From an uncultured Dehalococcoidia bacterium (GTDB lineage: Bacteria > Chloroflexota > Dehalococcoidia > Lucifugimonadales > UBA3495): a stretch of DNA of 64,000 bases. The position numbers were made by a program, and so were the translations under genes. Each line of letters begins with the position of its first letter. Position 1 is the first letter of the stretch. Location: NCBI GenBank assembly GCA_958295765.1, contig CATQHB010000002.1:2928091-2992090 (forward strand), read 5' to 3'. The notes beneath the pieces are model-generated. The model worked only from the letters and a program-made list of their open reading frames with translations, had not been told where the DNA came from and searched no databases. Below, in pieces: positions 16,332 to 24,835 of this stretch.

Positions 16332-18989
16332 TTAGTCGCCGACTCCCGCCGGTTCCGGCTCGGCGTTGGGCTGGCCTTTCCAGGCGCAGACGGTGCAGGC
16401 CGTCCCGGTCCGGTTGTCCTGAACCATCAGGCCGGAACACTCCGGGCAGGGTTCGGGCAGCGGGCGCCGGTTGATGGTGAAATCACATTCCGGGTACTTG
16501 GAACAGCCGTAGAAAGTCCCGCTCCGGCCCCGACTCCGCCGCTCCGCCAAGTCGCCGCCGCACTTGGGGCAGGCCACCCCCAGGGGCATGGGCCGGGTGC
16601 TCTTGCATTGGGGATAGCCGGTACAGGCCAGAAACTTGCCGTAACGCCCGGTCTTGACCACCATAGGCTTGCCGCACTGGTCGCAAACCTCATCGGTTGC
16701 CACGTCCTCAGCGGACGCTCCCTCAGCCCCGTCCTCGCCGGTTTTAACGGGATGGGTGGTGCGGCACTTGGGGTAGCCGGTGCAGGCGACGAAACGGCCA
16801 AAGCGGCCGGCCTTGATGACCATGGGACTGCCGCAGTTTTCGCAGATTTCGTCGGTGGCCTCGTCGGCCGGCTTGTCATTGGGCATATTGGCCTTGGCCG
16901 ATTCCAGGTCTTTGGCGAAGGGGGTATAGAACTCCCACAGCATCGGCACCCACTCCCGTTCTCCCTGAGACACCTCATCCAGCTTTTCCTCCATCCGGGA
17001 GGTGAAGTCCGGGTTCATCAGGTCGGCGAAAAACTCGGTCAGCCGGTCGGATACGGTAAAGCCCAACTTGGTGGGGTGCAGGCTGTTCTGCTCTTTGGAC
17101 ACATAGTTGCGGGCCAGCAGCACGCCGATGGTGGGGGCGTAGGTGCTGGGGCGGCCAATGCCCTTTTCCTCCATGCCCTTAACCAGCGTGGCCTCGGTGA
17201 ACCGGGGCGGCGGCTGGGTAAAGTGCTGGGACGCGGCCAACTGCGGGCAGTTCAGCCGGTTGCCGACGGCCAACTCCGGCAGGGACTTGCGATTTTCCTC
17301 AGCATCCCCCTCATCCCGGCTTTCCAGGTACAGGGTGCGGAAACCGGGGAACTTGAGCACTGAGCCGGTGGCCCGGAAGTTATAGACCGGGGGCGCCGAA
17401 GTTGCGTCAGCGCCGCTATCAATTGAATTAGCGGCCTGGCAGTTGGCGTCAATATCCACCGTGGTGGCGTCGGAACGGGCGTCGGCCATCTGGCTGGCTA
17501 ACATCCGGCCCCAGATGAGGTTGTAAAGCCGGTGCTGCTCCGGGGTCAGGTGCGCTTTCAGCGACTCCGGGTCCCGGCTGATGGCGGTGGGCCGGATGGC
17601 TTCGTGGGCTTCCTGGGCCGACTTGGTACGGGTGCGGTAGGTTCGGGGCTGATCCGGCAGGTAGTCCTTGCCATACTTGGCCTGGATGTAGTCCCGGGCT
17701 TCCTGCACTGCCGGTTGCGCCACCTGGGTGGAGTCGGTACGCATATAGGTAATCAGGCCCACCGAACCTTCGGCGCCGAGGGCCAGCCCTTCGTAAAGCT
17801 GCTGGGCCACCGCCATCGTGCGCTGGGCGGTGAAACGCAGCTTGCGGCCGGCCTCCTGCTGGAGGGTGCTGGTGGTGAAGGGGGCGGTGGGCCGCTGCCG
17901 CACTTCCCGCTTACGCACCGCGGCCACCGTATAGGCGGCGTCCTGCAACTCCCGCTCATAGCGGCGGGCGTCGGCCTCGACCGGGATGTTCAGCCGGTTG
18001 CGGCTACCCTTGACCGAGTGGAGGGTGGCGGAGAACAACTCGGCCTGGTCGGGCGGGTCGGTTTCCTTATGCAGTTGGGCGTCCAGCGTCCAGGACTCCA
18101 CCGGCACGAAGGCCAGGATTTCCCGCTCCCGGTCGGTAACCAGCCGCAGGGCCACCGACTGGACGCGCCCGGCGGACAGGCCCCGCTGGACCCGCTGGCC
18201 CAGCAGGGGGCTAATCTGGTAGCCCACCAGCCGATCCAGGATGCGGCGGGCCTGCTGGGCGTTCACCAGTTGCATATCAATTTCCCGGGGATGCTGAAAG
18301 GCTTCCTGCACCGCGTCCTTGGTGATTTCGTGAAAGACTACCCGCTGCGGCGGCTGGGGTTGCTGGTCCCAACCGGCGGCGGTTTGCAGGTGCCAGGAGA
18401 TGGCCTCGCCCTCCCGGTCCGGGTCGGTTGCCAGGTAGATTTGGGTGGCCTCATCGCCGGCCCTTTTCAGTTCCTTGACCAGGGGCATCTTGTCCCGCAT
18501 GGTTACATAGGAAGGCGCAAAGTCCTGCTCCAGGTCAACGCCCATCTTGCCCTTGGGCAAATCCCGCACGTGGCCCAGGGACGCGGCGACCACGTAGCGG
18601 TTGCCCAGAATCTGGCCGACGGTGCGGGCCTTGGCCGGGGACTCTACGATTACCAGACGCTTGCCGGCGGTCTTGCCCAGCCCCCGGACCGGTTGAGCCG
18701 CGCCCTTGCCCCCGTTCTTACTGGTGGCGGCTTTGCTAGTGGTTTTGCCGGTAGCTTTACCGGCGGCCTTGCCAACGGCGGCTTTACCGGTGGTTTTGCC
18801 AGTAGCTTTACTGGCAGCTTTTCCGGCAGCTTTGCCGGTAGCCTTGCCGGCGGCGGCCTTGGCCTTGGTTGACTTGGCCTTGACCGTGCGGGCGGTCTGA
18901 TTGTCCGGGCCTTTCCGGGCGGCGGTTTTAGCCGGCGCCTTGGCGGCCTTGGAAGTCTTGGAAGCCTGGGTTGTTGCCTTACCTGCCAT
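16332..18989 (-). CDS. topA: DNA topoisomerase I with N-terminal Lys/Ala-rich extension
   Basis: 885 aa. TOPRIM LVIVESPAKA, a type IA core, three full CxxC...CxxxxxC zinc ribbons plus one short one. The first ~110 aa are K/A/T/G low complexity. No ATG, GTG or TTG start lies near the TOPRIM motif. Confidence 0.95.
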   Translation of the reverse strand: MAGKATTQASKTSKAAKAPAKTAARKGPDNQTARTVKAKSTKAKAAAGKATGKAAGKAASKATGKTTGKAAVGKAAGKATGKTTSKAATSKNGGKGAAQPVRGLGKTAGKRLVIVESPAKARTVGQILGNRYVVAASLGHVRDLPKGKMGVDLEQDFAPSYVTMRDKMPLVKELKRAGDEATQIYLATDPDREGEAISWHLQTAAGWDQQPQPPQRVVFHEITKDAVQEAFQHPREIDMQLVNAQQARRILDRLVGYQISPLLGQRVQRGLSAGRVQSVALRLVTDREREILAFVPVESWTLDAQLHKETDPPDQAELFSATLHSVKGSRNRLNIPVEADARRYERELQDAAYTVAAVRKREVRQRPTAPFTTSTLQQEAGRKLRFTAQRTMAVAQQLYEGLALGAEGSVGLITYMRTDSTQVAQPAVQEARDYIQAKYGKDYLPDQPRTYRTRTKSAQEAHEAIRPTAISRDPESLKAHLTPEQHRLYNLIWGRMLASQMADARSDATTVDIDANCQAANSIDSGADATSAPPVYNFRATGSVLKFPGFRTLYLESRDEGDAEENRKSLPELAVGNRLNCPQLAASQHFTQPPPRFTEATLVKGMEEKGIGRPSTYAPTIGVLLARNYVSKEQNSLHPTKLGFTVSDRLTEFFADLMNPDFTSRMEEKLDEVSQGEREWVPMLWEFYTPFAKDLESAKANMPNDKPADEATDEICENCGSPMVIKAGRFGRFVACTGYPKCRTTHPVKTGEDGAEGASAEDVATDEVCDQCGKPMVVKTGRYGKFLACTGYPQCKSTRPMPLGVACPKCGGDLAERRSRGRSGTFYGCSKYPECDFTINRRPLPEPCPECSGLMVQDNRTGTACTVCAWKGQPNAEPEPAGVGD

Positions 18990-20112
18990 AGGTTGGGGTT
19001 GCCTCCCCTATCCGAATATAGTGCATCCCGCCCACCTGCTTGACCTGTCCTTTAAGTTCCAGCATGGTCAACAGGCTGCCCACCAGGGCGACGGGCAGGC
19101 GGGCCGCTCTCCGAATATCGTCAATATGCATTGGTTCATGGTTAAGACAGCGGAGCAGGTCGGCCTCGCTGTCGGCGTCCGGGCTGGGCGGTAAATCCTC
19201 GTTCAGGCGCAGTTCAATCTGGCGCGCCACCACGCTCAGGTTCAGTTCCTCCAGGATGTCGGTATGGCTGGCGACCAGCTTGGCCCCCTCCTGGATGAGG
19301 CGGTTGGTCAAGCGGCTGGCCGGGGAAAAGATGCTGCCCGGCACGCAAAAGACCTCCCGGTTCTGTTCCAGGGCGTGCTGCACGGTCCAGCCGGCGCCGC
19401 TGTTCTCACCGGCCTCCACCACCAGCGTACCCAAGCTCATCCCGCTTATCAACCGGTTGCGCCGGGGAAAATTGCGGGAATCGGGGCGCGCGCCCAGGGG
19501 ATACTCACTGACCACGGCCCCCTGCTCGGCGATTTGGCCGGCCAACCCGGTATGGTCTTTAGGATAAACAATATCCAGGCCGCTGGCTACCACCGCGATG
19601 GTGCGTCCGCCCCGGGCCAGGGTGGTGCGGTGGGCGATGCCGTCAATGCCCAGGGCCAGGCCGCTGACGATGGTAATGCCGCAGCGGGCCAGGTCGCCGG
19701 CCAGGGCGGCGCCGGCCTCCCGGCCATAGCTGGTCGGGCTGCGGGTGCCGACCACCGCCACCGCAACCTCATCCTCAGGAATCAGGCTACCCTTAACGTA
19801 AAGCAGCGGAGGCCGTCCGTCAATCTGCTTGAGCCGGGGCGGGTACTCCGGATCGTGCCAGGTAACGGGGCGGACGCCGGCCCGTTCCAGCCGTTCCAGT
19901 TCAGCGTCGGGAGAGACCTGACGGCGGGCCTCCACCACGGCGGTTGCGCTGCGAGCGTCCAGCCCGGCGGCCCGCAGCGACCCGATGCCGGCGCTCCAGG
20001 CGTGTTCCAAGTCCCCGAAAAAAGTCTCCAACTTCCTGAACCGGGTCGTCCCCAAGCGGGGAACCCGGTTCAGGGCGACCCAGAACTTAATCTGCTCCGT
20101 CGGCATCTGCAT
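18979..20112 (-). CDS. dprA: DNA processing protein DprA (Smf)
   Basis: 377 aa from ATG 20112 (MQMPTEQIKFWVALNRVPRLG). Rossmann-like core GTRSPTSYG...SGLALGIDG.AH and a C-terminal wHTH. The ORF-track extension to 20562 is repeat-derived. The stop overlaps the topA start by 11 nt. Confidence 0.85.
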   Translation of the reverse strand: MQMPTEQIKFWVALNRVPRLGTTRFRKLETFFGDLEHAWSAGIGSLRAAGLDARSATAVVEARRQVSPDAELERLERAGVRPVTWHDPEYPPRLKQIDGRPPLLYVKGSLIPEDEVAVAVVGTRSPTSYGREAGAALAGDLARCGITIVSGLALGIDGIAHRTTLARGGRTIAVVASGLDIVYPKDHTGLAGQIAEQGAVVSEYPLGARPDSRNFPRRNRLISGMSLGTLVVEAGENSGAGWTVQHALEQNREVFCVPGSIFSPASRLTNRLIQEGAKLVASHTDILEELNLSVVARQIELRLNEDLPPSPDADSEADLLRCLNHEPMHIDDIRRAARLPVALVGSLLTMLELKGQVKQVGGMHYIRIGEATPTYGR

Positions 20113-20209
20113 ACCGGCGATTCTAGCACAAGGTGGAAAAGGGTAACAATAAGGCAATGTCAGGGATATAGCAATCACAGCATAAGCCACCGTCGTTCCG
20201 GATAAGCAA

Positions 20210-20307
20210 CCGTCGTTCCGGCGAAAGCCGGAACCCAGAACGGTCGGTAGCCGGCGAGCTCTTTTCCTGGAGGATTTCCTGGATTCCGGCTTTCGCCGGA
20301 ACGACGG
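20210..20307. repeat. REP-D element
   Basis: Full-length copy upstream of dprA. Confidence 0.9.
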
Positions 20308-20412
20308 TGGTTTGGGTTGTCGGTTGTCAGGGTTGCCAATGACGGTTGCCTGGGCCGCCCTGGTTAAGACGTGATTGCCTGGCCCTCTCCCCAAGGCAAT
20401 CGTAGCATAAAC

Positions 20413-20509
20413 CCGTCGTTCCGGCGAAAGCCGGAATCCAGAACGGTCGGTAGCCGGCACGGTCTTTTCCTTGAGGATTTCCTGGATTCCGGCTTTCGCC
20501 GGAACGACG
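20413..20509. repeat. REP-D element
   Basis: Second copy, 106 bp from the previous one. Confidence 0.9.
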
Positions 20510-20648
20510 TTGGCCCTGGTGTCCGGGAACCGCCCAAAACTTGACGCTTTTGGCGGCGTCAACTACACTTGCCTTTGGATTTTTCCGGGCAGCCGGGCTG
20601 ATTGATAAGGCCCGCGTTGCGCTATTTTGAGGCAATGCCTTTACTTAT

Positions 20649-21413
20649 ATGCCATCCGCAATTGAATGGACTGATGAAACGTGGAATCCGGTAACCGGTT
20701 GCACTCGGGTATCGCCCGGTTGTGATAACTGTTATATGTTCGCGCTGTACCCGCGCCTGAAGCGGATGGGCGTTGTGGGCTACGGTGATTCCCCGGACCG
20801 GGTTCACGTTTTGTCGGAGCGGTTGCCGGTTCCCCTGTCCTGGAAAAAACCGAGACTGGTTTTCGTCAACAGTATGTCCGACCTGTTCCATCCCGATGTT
20901 CCTTTTGAGTTCGTCTTTCAGACATTCGAGGTTATGCAACAGGCGGCGTTGCAACGAGGCCACGTATTTCAGATACTAACGAAAAGGCCGGGGCGAGCCG
21001 TTGCCTGGTGGAAGCAATATGAGGAACATTTCCCCGACGGCTGGCATCCCAATATATGGATTGGCACATCGGTGGAAAATCAAAAGTACGCCCCGCGTCT
21101 TACGGTACTGGCAAGGCTGCCCGCGCCGGTTCGTTTTGTATCCGCCGAGCCTTTGCTGGAACAAATCGAACTGACCCCCTGGCTGGATGACGGGGTTCTG
21201 CAATGGGTAATCGCCGGAGGAGAAAGCGGCATTGGGGCCAGGCCAATGGATTTGCGCTGGGCGCGTAGTCTGCGCGACCAGGCGGTCAGAGCGGAAGTCC
21301 CGTTCTTTCTGAAGCAGTTGGGCGGGGTACGAAATAAACGCAGCGGCGATGCAGCTATCCTGGATGGCCTCCCTTGGAAGCAAATGCCTTGGGAGGAATT
21401 GCTCACCCGATGA
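20649..21413 (+). CDS. DUF5131 / phage Gp37-Gp68 family protein (three-Cys motif)
   Basis: 254 aa. IEWTDETWNPVTGCTRVSPGCDNCY at the N-terminus and WVIAGGESG...VPFFLKQLGG at the C-terminus are the family hallmarks as I recall them. Spot counts give 45-53% GC. Confidence 0.75.
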   Translation: MPSAIEWTDETWNPVTGCTRVSPGCDNCYMFALYPRLKRMGVVGYGDSPDRVHVLSERLPVPLSWKKPRLVFVNSMSDLFHPDVPFEFVFQTFEVMQQAALQRGHVFQILTKRPGRAVAWWKQYEEHFPDGWHPNIWIGTSVENQKYAPRLTVLARLPAPVRFVSAEPLLEQIELTPWLDDGVLQWVIAGGESGIGARPMDLRWARSLRDQAVRAEVPFFLKQLGGVRNKRSGDAAILDGLPWKQMPWEELLTR

Positions 21414-22261
21414 CCGGCGCACTTTTCGGTGGCACCTGGACTCAAGAGAAGCTGAATATACTGGAGCGGTATTTAGACGCCTATACTACCGCCTTGAAAA
21501 ATCGGCCCTTCCAACTGATTTACGTTGACGCTTTCGCCGGAGAAGGCACATATCGGGCTGGTTCGGACTACGCGGAAGACTATGGGGATTTTCAAGAGGT
21601 TCGGGATGGTTCGCCCCGCATCGCGCTGGGGGTGCTAGATAAACCGTTTGACCGGCTTATTTTTATTGAGAAAGACCCCGCACGCTGCGAATCTCTGACC
21701 GGACTGCAAGAGGAGTTCCCGAACAGGAACATCGAAATTCGGAACATAGATTCCAATGATGCCCTGCCGGATTTCTGCGACGCTCTCGGCGCTTATGACC
21801 GGGCAGTGGTGTTTCTTGACCCGTTCGCTACTCAAGTTTCCTGGGACACCGTGGCAAAACTGGCTCAGACGGAGAAGATAGACTGCTGGATACTGTTCCC
21901 GTTGATGGCGATAGCGCGAATGATGCCTACCGATAGAGAACCGACGGCAGAGTTGGCCGGTCAGTTAGACCGAATTTTTGGCGGACGCAATCATTGGAGA
22001 GACTTTTATAGCGAGGCGCGGCAACAGCAGCTTCCAATGTTCGGCGCTGAACCGTTGCAGGAAAGGCACCGGGGCAGCGGCCAAATTGCCGTTCGTTACC
22101 GCCAACGCCTTGAGTCGGTATTCACCAGGGTAGCCGCAACGCCGAGGACGTTCAGGAATTCAAGGAACTCACCGATGTTCGAACTGTTCTTTGCTGCTGG
22201 CAATCCGGTCGGCGCACCCATCGCCGTGAATATAGCCGACCATATACTAAACAACTGGTAA
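21410..22261 (+). CDS. TcmP-like (three-Cys-motif partner) protein with methyltransferase-like motifs
   Basis: 283 aa from ATG 21410, with an ATGA overlap on the upstream stop. FGGTWTQEKLNILERYLDAYTTAL, then YVDAFAGEG (motif I-like) and VVFLDPFATQ (motif IV-like). Family assignment is from memory. Confidence 0.6.
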   Translation: MTGALFGGTWTQEKLNILERYLDAYTTALKNRPFQLIYVDAFAGEGTYRAGSDYAEDYGDFQEVRDGSPRIALGVLDKPFDRLIFIEKDPARCESLTGLQEEFPNRNIEIRNIDSNDALPDFCDALGAYDRAVVFLDPFATQVSWDTVAKLAQTEKIDCWILFPLMAIARMMPTDREPTAELAGQLDRIFGGRNHWRDFYSEARQQQLPMFGAEPLQERHRGSGQIAVRYRQRLESVFTRVAATPRTFRNSRNSPMFELFFAAGNPVGAPIAVNIADHILNNW

Positions 22262-22315
22262 ATTATCAAGTCTTTGTGATATATAATTTACCCATCCAAC
22301 AAACGGGGCGCCCTT

Positions 22316-22828
22316 ATGAACCTTAAAGATTTTATCCGCGACATTCCTGACTTTCCCCAGCCGGGGATTCTGTTTCGGGACATTACTCCCCTGCTGCGCA
22401 ACGCCGCCGCTTTTAACTATGCCGTTGACCAGTTGGCCGAGCGGTATCAGGGGCAGCCGCTGGACGCTATTGTCGCCGTGGAGTCCCGCGGCTTTCTCTT
22501 TGGCGCGCCCCTGGCCTGCCGGATGCGCACGCCGCTGATTACCGTGCGCAAGCCGGGGAAACTGCCCGGCGCTACCATTTCCGTCGAGTATGACCTGGAG
22601 TACGGCTCCAACGTGATGGAAATGCACGCCAGCGACGTGGCCGCCGGCGATAAGGTGCTGCTCTTGGATGACCTGCTGGCGACCGGCGGGACGCTGGCCG
22701 CCGCCGCCAAGCTGGTGGAACAAGCCGGCGGCCAGGTGGCCTCTATTGCCCTGGTCATTGAACTGGAGGCTTTGGCCGGCCGTCAGGCGTTGGGAGATTA
22801 CGACATTTTCTCCCTGATTCAGTATTAG
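22316..22828 (+). CDS. apt: adenine phosphoribosyltransferase
   Basis: 170 aa. DFPQPGILFRDITPLL, ESRGFLFG and the PRPP loop VLLLDDLLATGGT. Confidence 0.9.
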   Translation: MNLKDFIRDIPDFPQPGILFRDITPLLRNAAAFNYAVDQLAERYQGQPLDAIVAVESRGFLFGAPLACRMRTPLITVRKPGKLPGATISVEYDLEYGSNVMEMHASDVAAGDKVLLLDDLLATGGTLAAAAKLVEQAGGQVASIALVIELEALAGRQALGDYDIFSLIQY

Positions 22829-22959
22829 GCCGGACGCTATCCCCCCACTCCCGCCCTTTTCCCCAAGGGAACGGGCCGGGGCGAGGGGCAAACCGCGACA
22901 TCTTAAGCAACTAAAACACCCGGCATTAACCCAAACCCAGGACAGGAAGGGAGAGATAA

Positions 22960-23832
22960 ATGGCAGAGAAAACGACGATTGGCGATTACGAGGTTACGGC
23001 AGTCATAGATATGGTGCCGCCGCCCCGGCCCACCTCGGCGATGTTCCCGGACGTGCCGGAAAGCGCCTGGGGAGAGTATCAGGACGTGCTGGAGGACGGC
23101 CAACTCCAGCTTTACTACGGCGTCTTTGTGGTGCGCTCCGAAAATCAGGTGGTGCTGGTGGACACCGGCATGGGGCCTGGCCCGCATCCGACCCGGGGCA
23201 ACCTGGTGGGCAACCTCTACGAGGAACTGCGGCCCATTATGCTGCCCCCCAACGTGGACATCATCAATACCAACGTTTCCCCCTCAGACCAGGTGAACTT
23301 TGTGGTGCATACCCACCTCCACCCCGACCACGTCGGCTGGAACCTGCGCTACTCCGGCGGGATGCCGGCGCCCAACTTCCGGCGCGCCCGCTACATCATC
23401 CCCAAGGATGACTACGACTACTTCACCCAGCCGGAAATCCTGGCCGAGAACCCTCACGTGCAGCAGCAGATTATGCCCCTGCGCCGCCTGCGCTTGCAGC
23501 AGATTGTGGAGGGGGAGTATTCCGTTACCGAAGGCATATCCACTATGCCGGCCGCCGGGCATACCCCCGGCCACCAGGTAGTGCTGGTCAACTCCGGCGG
23601 GCAGAAGGCCATGCTGGTGGGCGACCTGCTGCACTGCATCGCCCAGGTATCCGAACCCAGTTGGTGCGCCTCGGTGGACTACGACAAGGCGCAAAGCCAG
23701 GCCAACCGGGAGATGCTCTTGGAAAAGGCGGAAAGCGAGGATTGGATTGTCGCCGCCGGCCACTTCCCGCCGGGCAAGCAAATCGGCAAGGTAGTTACCG
23801 AGGGCGGCAAGCGGCGGTGGGTGTCCCTGTAA
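22960..23832 (+). CDS. MBL-fold metallo-hydrolase
   Basis: 290 aa with the HTHLHPDHVGWN (HxHxDH) motif and a later GHTPGH. Confidence 0.75.
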   Translation: MAEKTTIGDYEVTAVIDMVPPPRPTSAMFPDVPESAWGEYQDVLEDGQLQLYYGVFVVRSENQVVLVDTGMGPGPHPTRGNLVGNLYEELRPIMLPPNVDIINTNVSPSDQVNFVVHTHLHPDHVGWNLRYSGGMPAPNFRRARYIIPKDDYDYFTQPEILAENPHVQQQIMPLRRLRLQQIVEGEYSVTEGISTMPAAGHTPGHQVVLVNSGGQKAMLVGDLLHCIAQVSEPSWCASVDYDKAQSQANREMLLEKAESEDWIVAAGHFPPGKQIGKVVTEGGKRRWVSL

Positions 23833-23866
23833 CCGCCGCCGGTTCCCGCCGCCGAAGTAAATAATT

Positions 23867-24130
23867 CCGCTCATCCTGAGCCGGCCGCGCCAACCGCTCA
23901 TCCTGAGCCTGTCGAAGGAAGGGATAGGGGTGGTTCGACAAGCTCACCATGAGCGGTTTTAGTTATCCACCCGTCTCACCATGAGCGGATTTTGTTATGA
24001 ACCCGTCCCGCCCATCCTGCGCCGGCCGCGCCAACCGCTCATCCTGAGCTTGTCGAAGGAAGGGGATAGGGATGGTTCGACAAGCTCACCATGAGCGGAT
24101 TTTGTTATGAACCCGGCTCACCATGAGCGG
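23867..24130. repeat. REP-A cluster (two full elements plus extra half arms)
   Basis: Repeated CCGCTCATCCTGAGC..GTCGAAGGA..GGTTCGACAAGCTCACCATGAGCGG with CACCATGAGCGGATTTTGTTAT tails. Confidence 0.85.
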
Positions 24131-24198
24131 ATTTTGTTATCCACCCGTGAGCGTTGTTGTTATTAGCGCCGACTTTGCGCCGGCCCGGTCCCTGGCTT

Positions 24199-24435
24199 GG
24201 GTATTCTCAACGTGGGGTGGTATTACTCCGGGTAGGGGCGGGTTTGTAACCCGCCCGACACGCCGGGGCAAGGTCATCTTATAGAACGGATACCGCCATA
24301 TCTGGCATACCCTTGCCCTGGAGCCAGGGCGGGTTACAAACCCGCCCCTACCATCCAACATCCAACCATTCACCGGGGCAACCATTCGCCGGGGCCGGTA
24401 CGGGTAAGGAACACCGGCAAAGGTTGGAAATAACC
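24199..24435. repeat. REP-B full-length MITE-like element (outer plus inner inverted repeats)
   Basis: Outer GGTATTCTCAAC..GTGG / CCAAC-like..GGTTGGAAATAACC arms enclose the inner GGTAGGGGCGGGTTTGTAACCCGCCC pair (24231..24352). Confidence 0.75.
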
Positions 24436-24494
24436 CATAACCAAACCTGTAATCGTCCTGACCGTCATACCGGCCGGGCAACCGCAGCATAAAA

Positions 24495-24591
24495 CCGTCG
24501 TTCCGGCGAAAGCCGGAATCCAGAATCCTCGGTAGCCGGCCCGCTCTTTTCCGGGGGATTTCCTGGATTCCGGCTTTCGCCGGAACGACGG
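24495..24591. repeat. REP-D element
   Basis: Full-length copy. Confidence 0.9.
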
Positions 24592-24835
24592 TTATGTGGT
24601 GGAATGACGGTTCTGTGCCGGAATGACGGTTCTATGGGTTATCCCGGTTAAGCCGTGATTGCCCTAACTCGGTGGCTACCGTTGCGTGAATTAACCGGCC
24701 GCTGTGGTATTATGTGAAGGTAGTCTGAAATGCCGGGCGACTTGATTCGGCCTTTCAACCACAGAATCCAACCGGCGGTTAATTCCCCTCGGGAAGCATT
24801 AAGTTTATAACGATGTTCGATAGAGTTTCTCTTAT

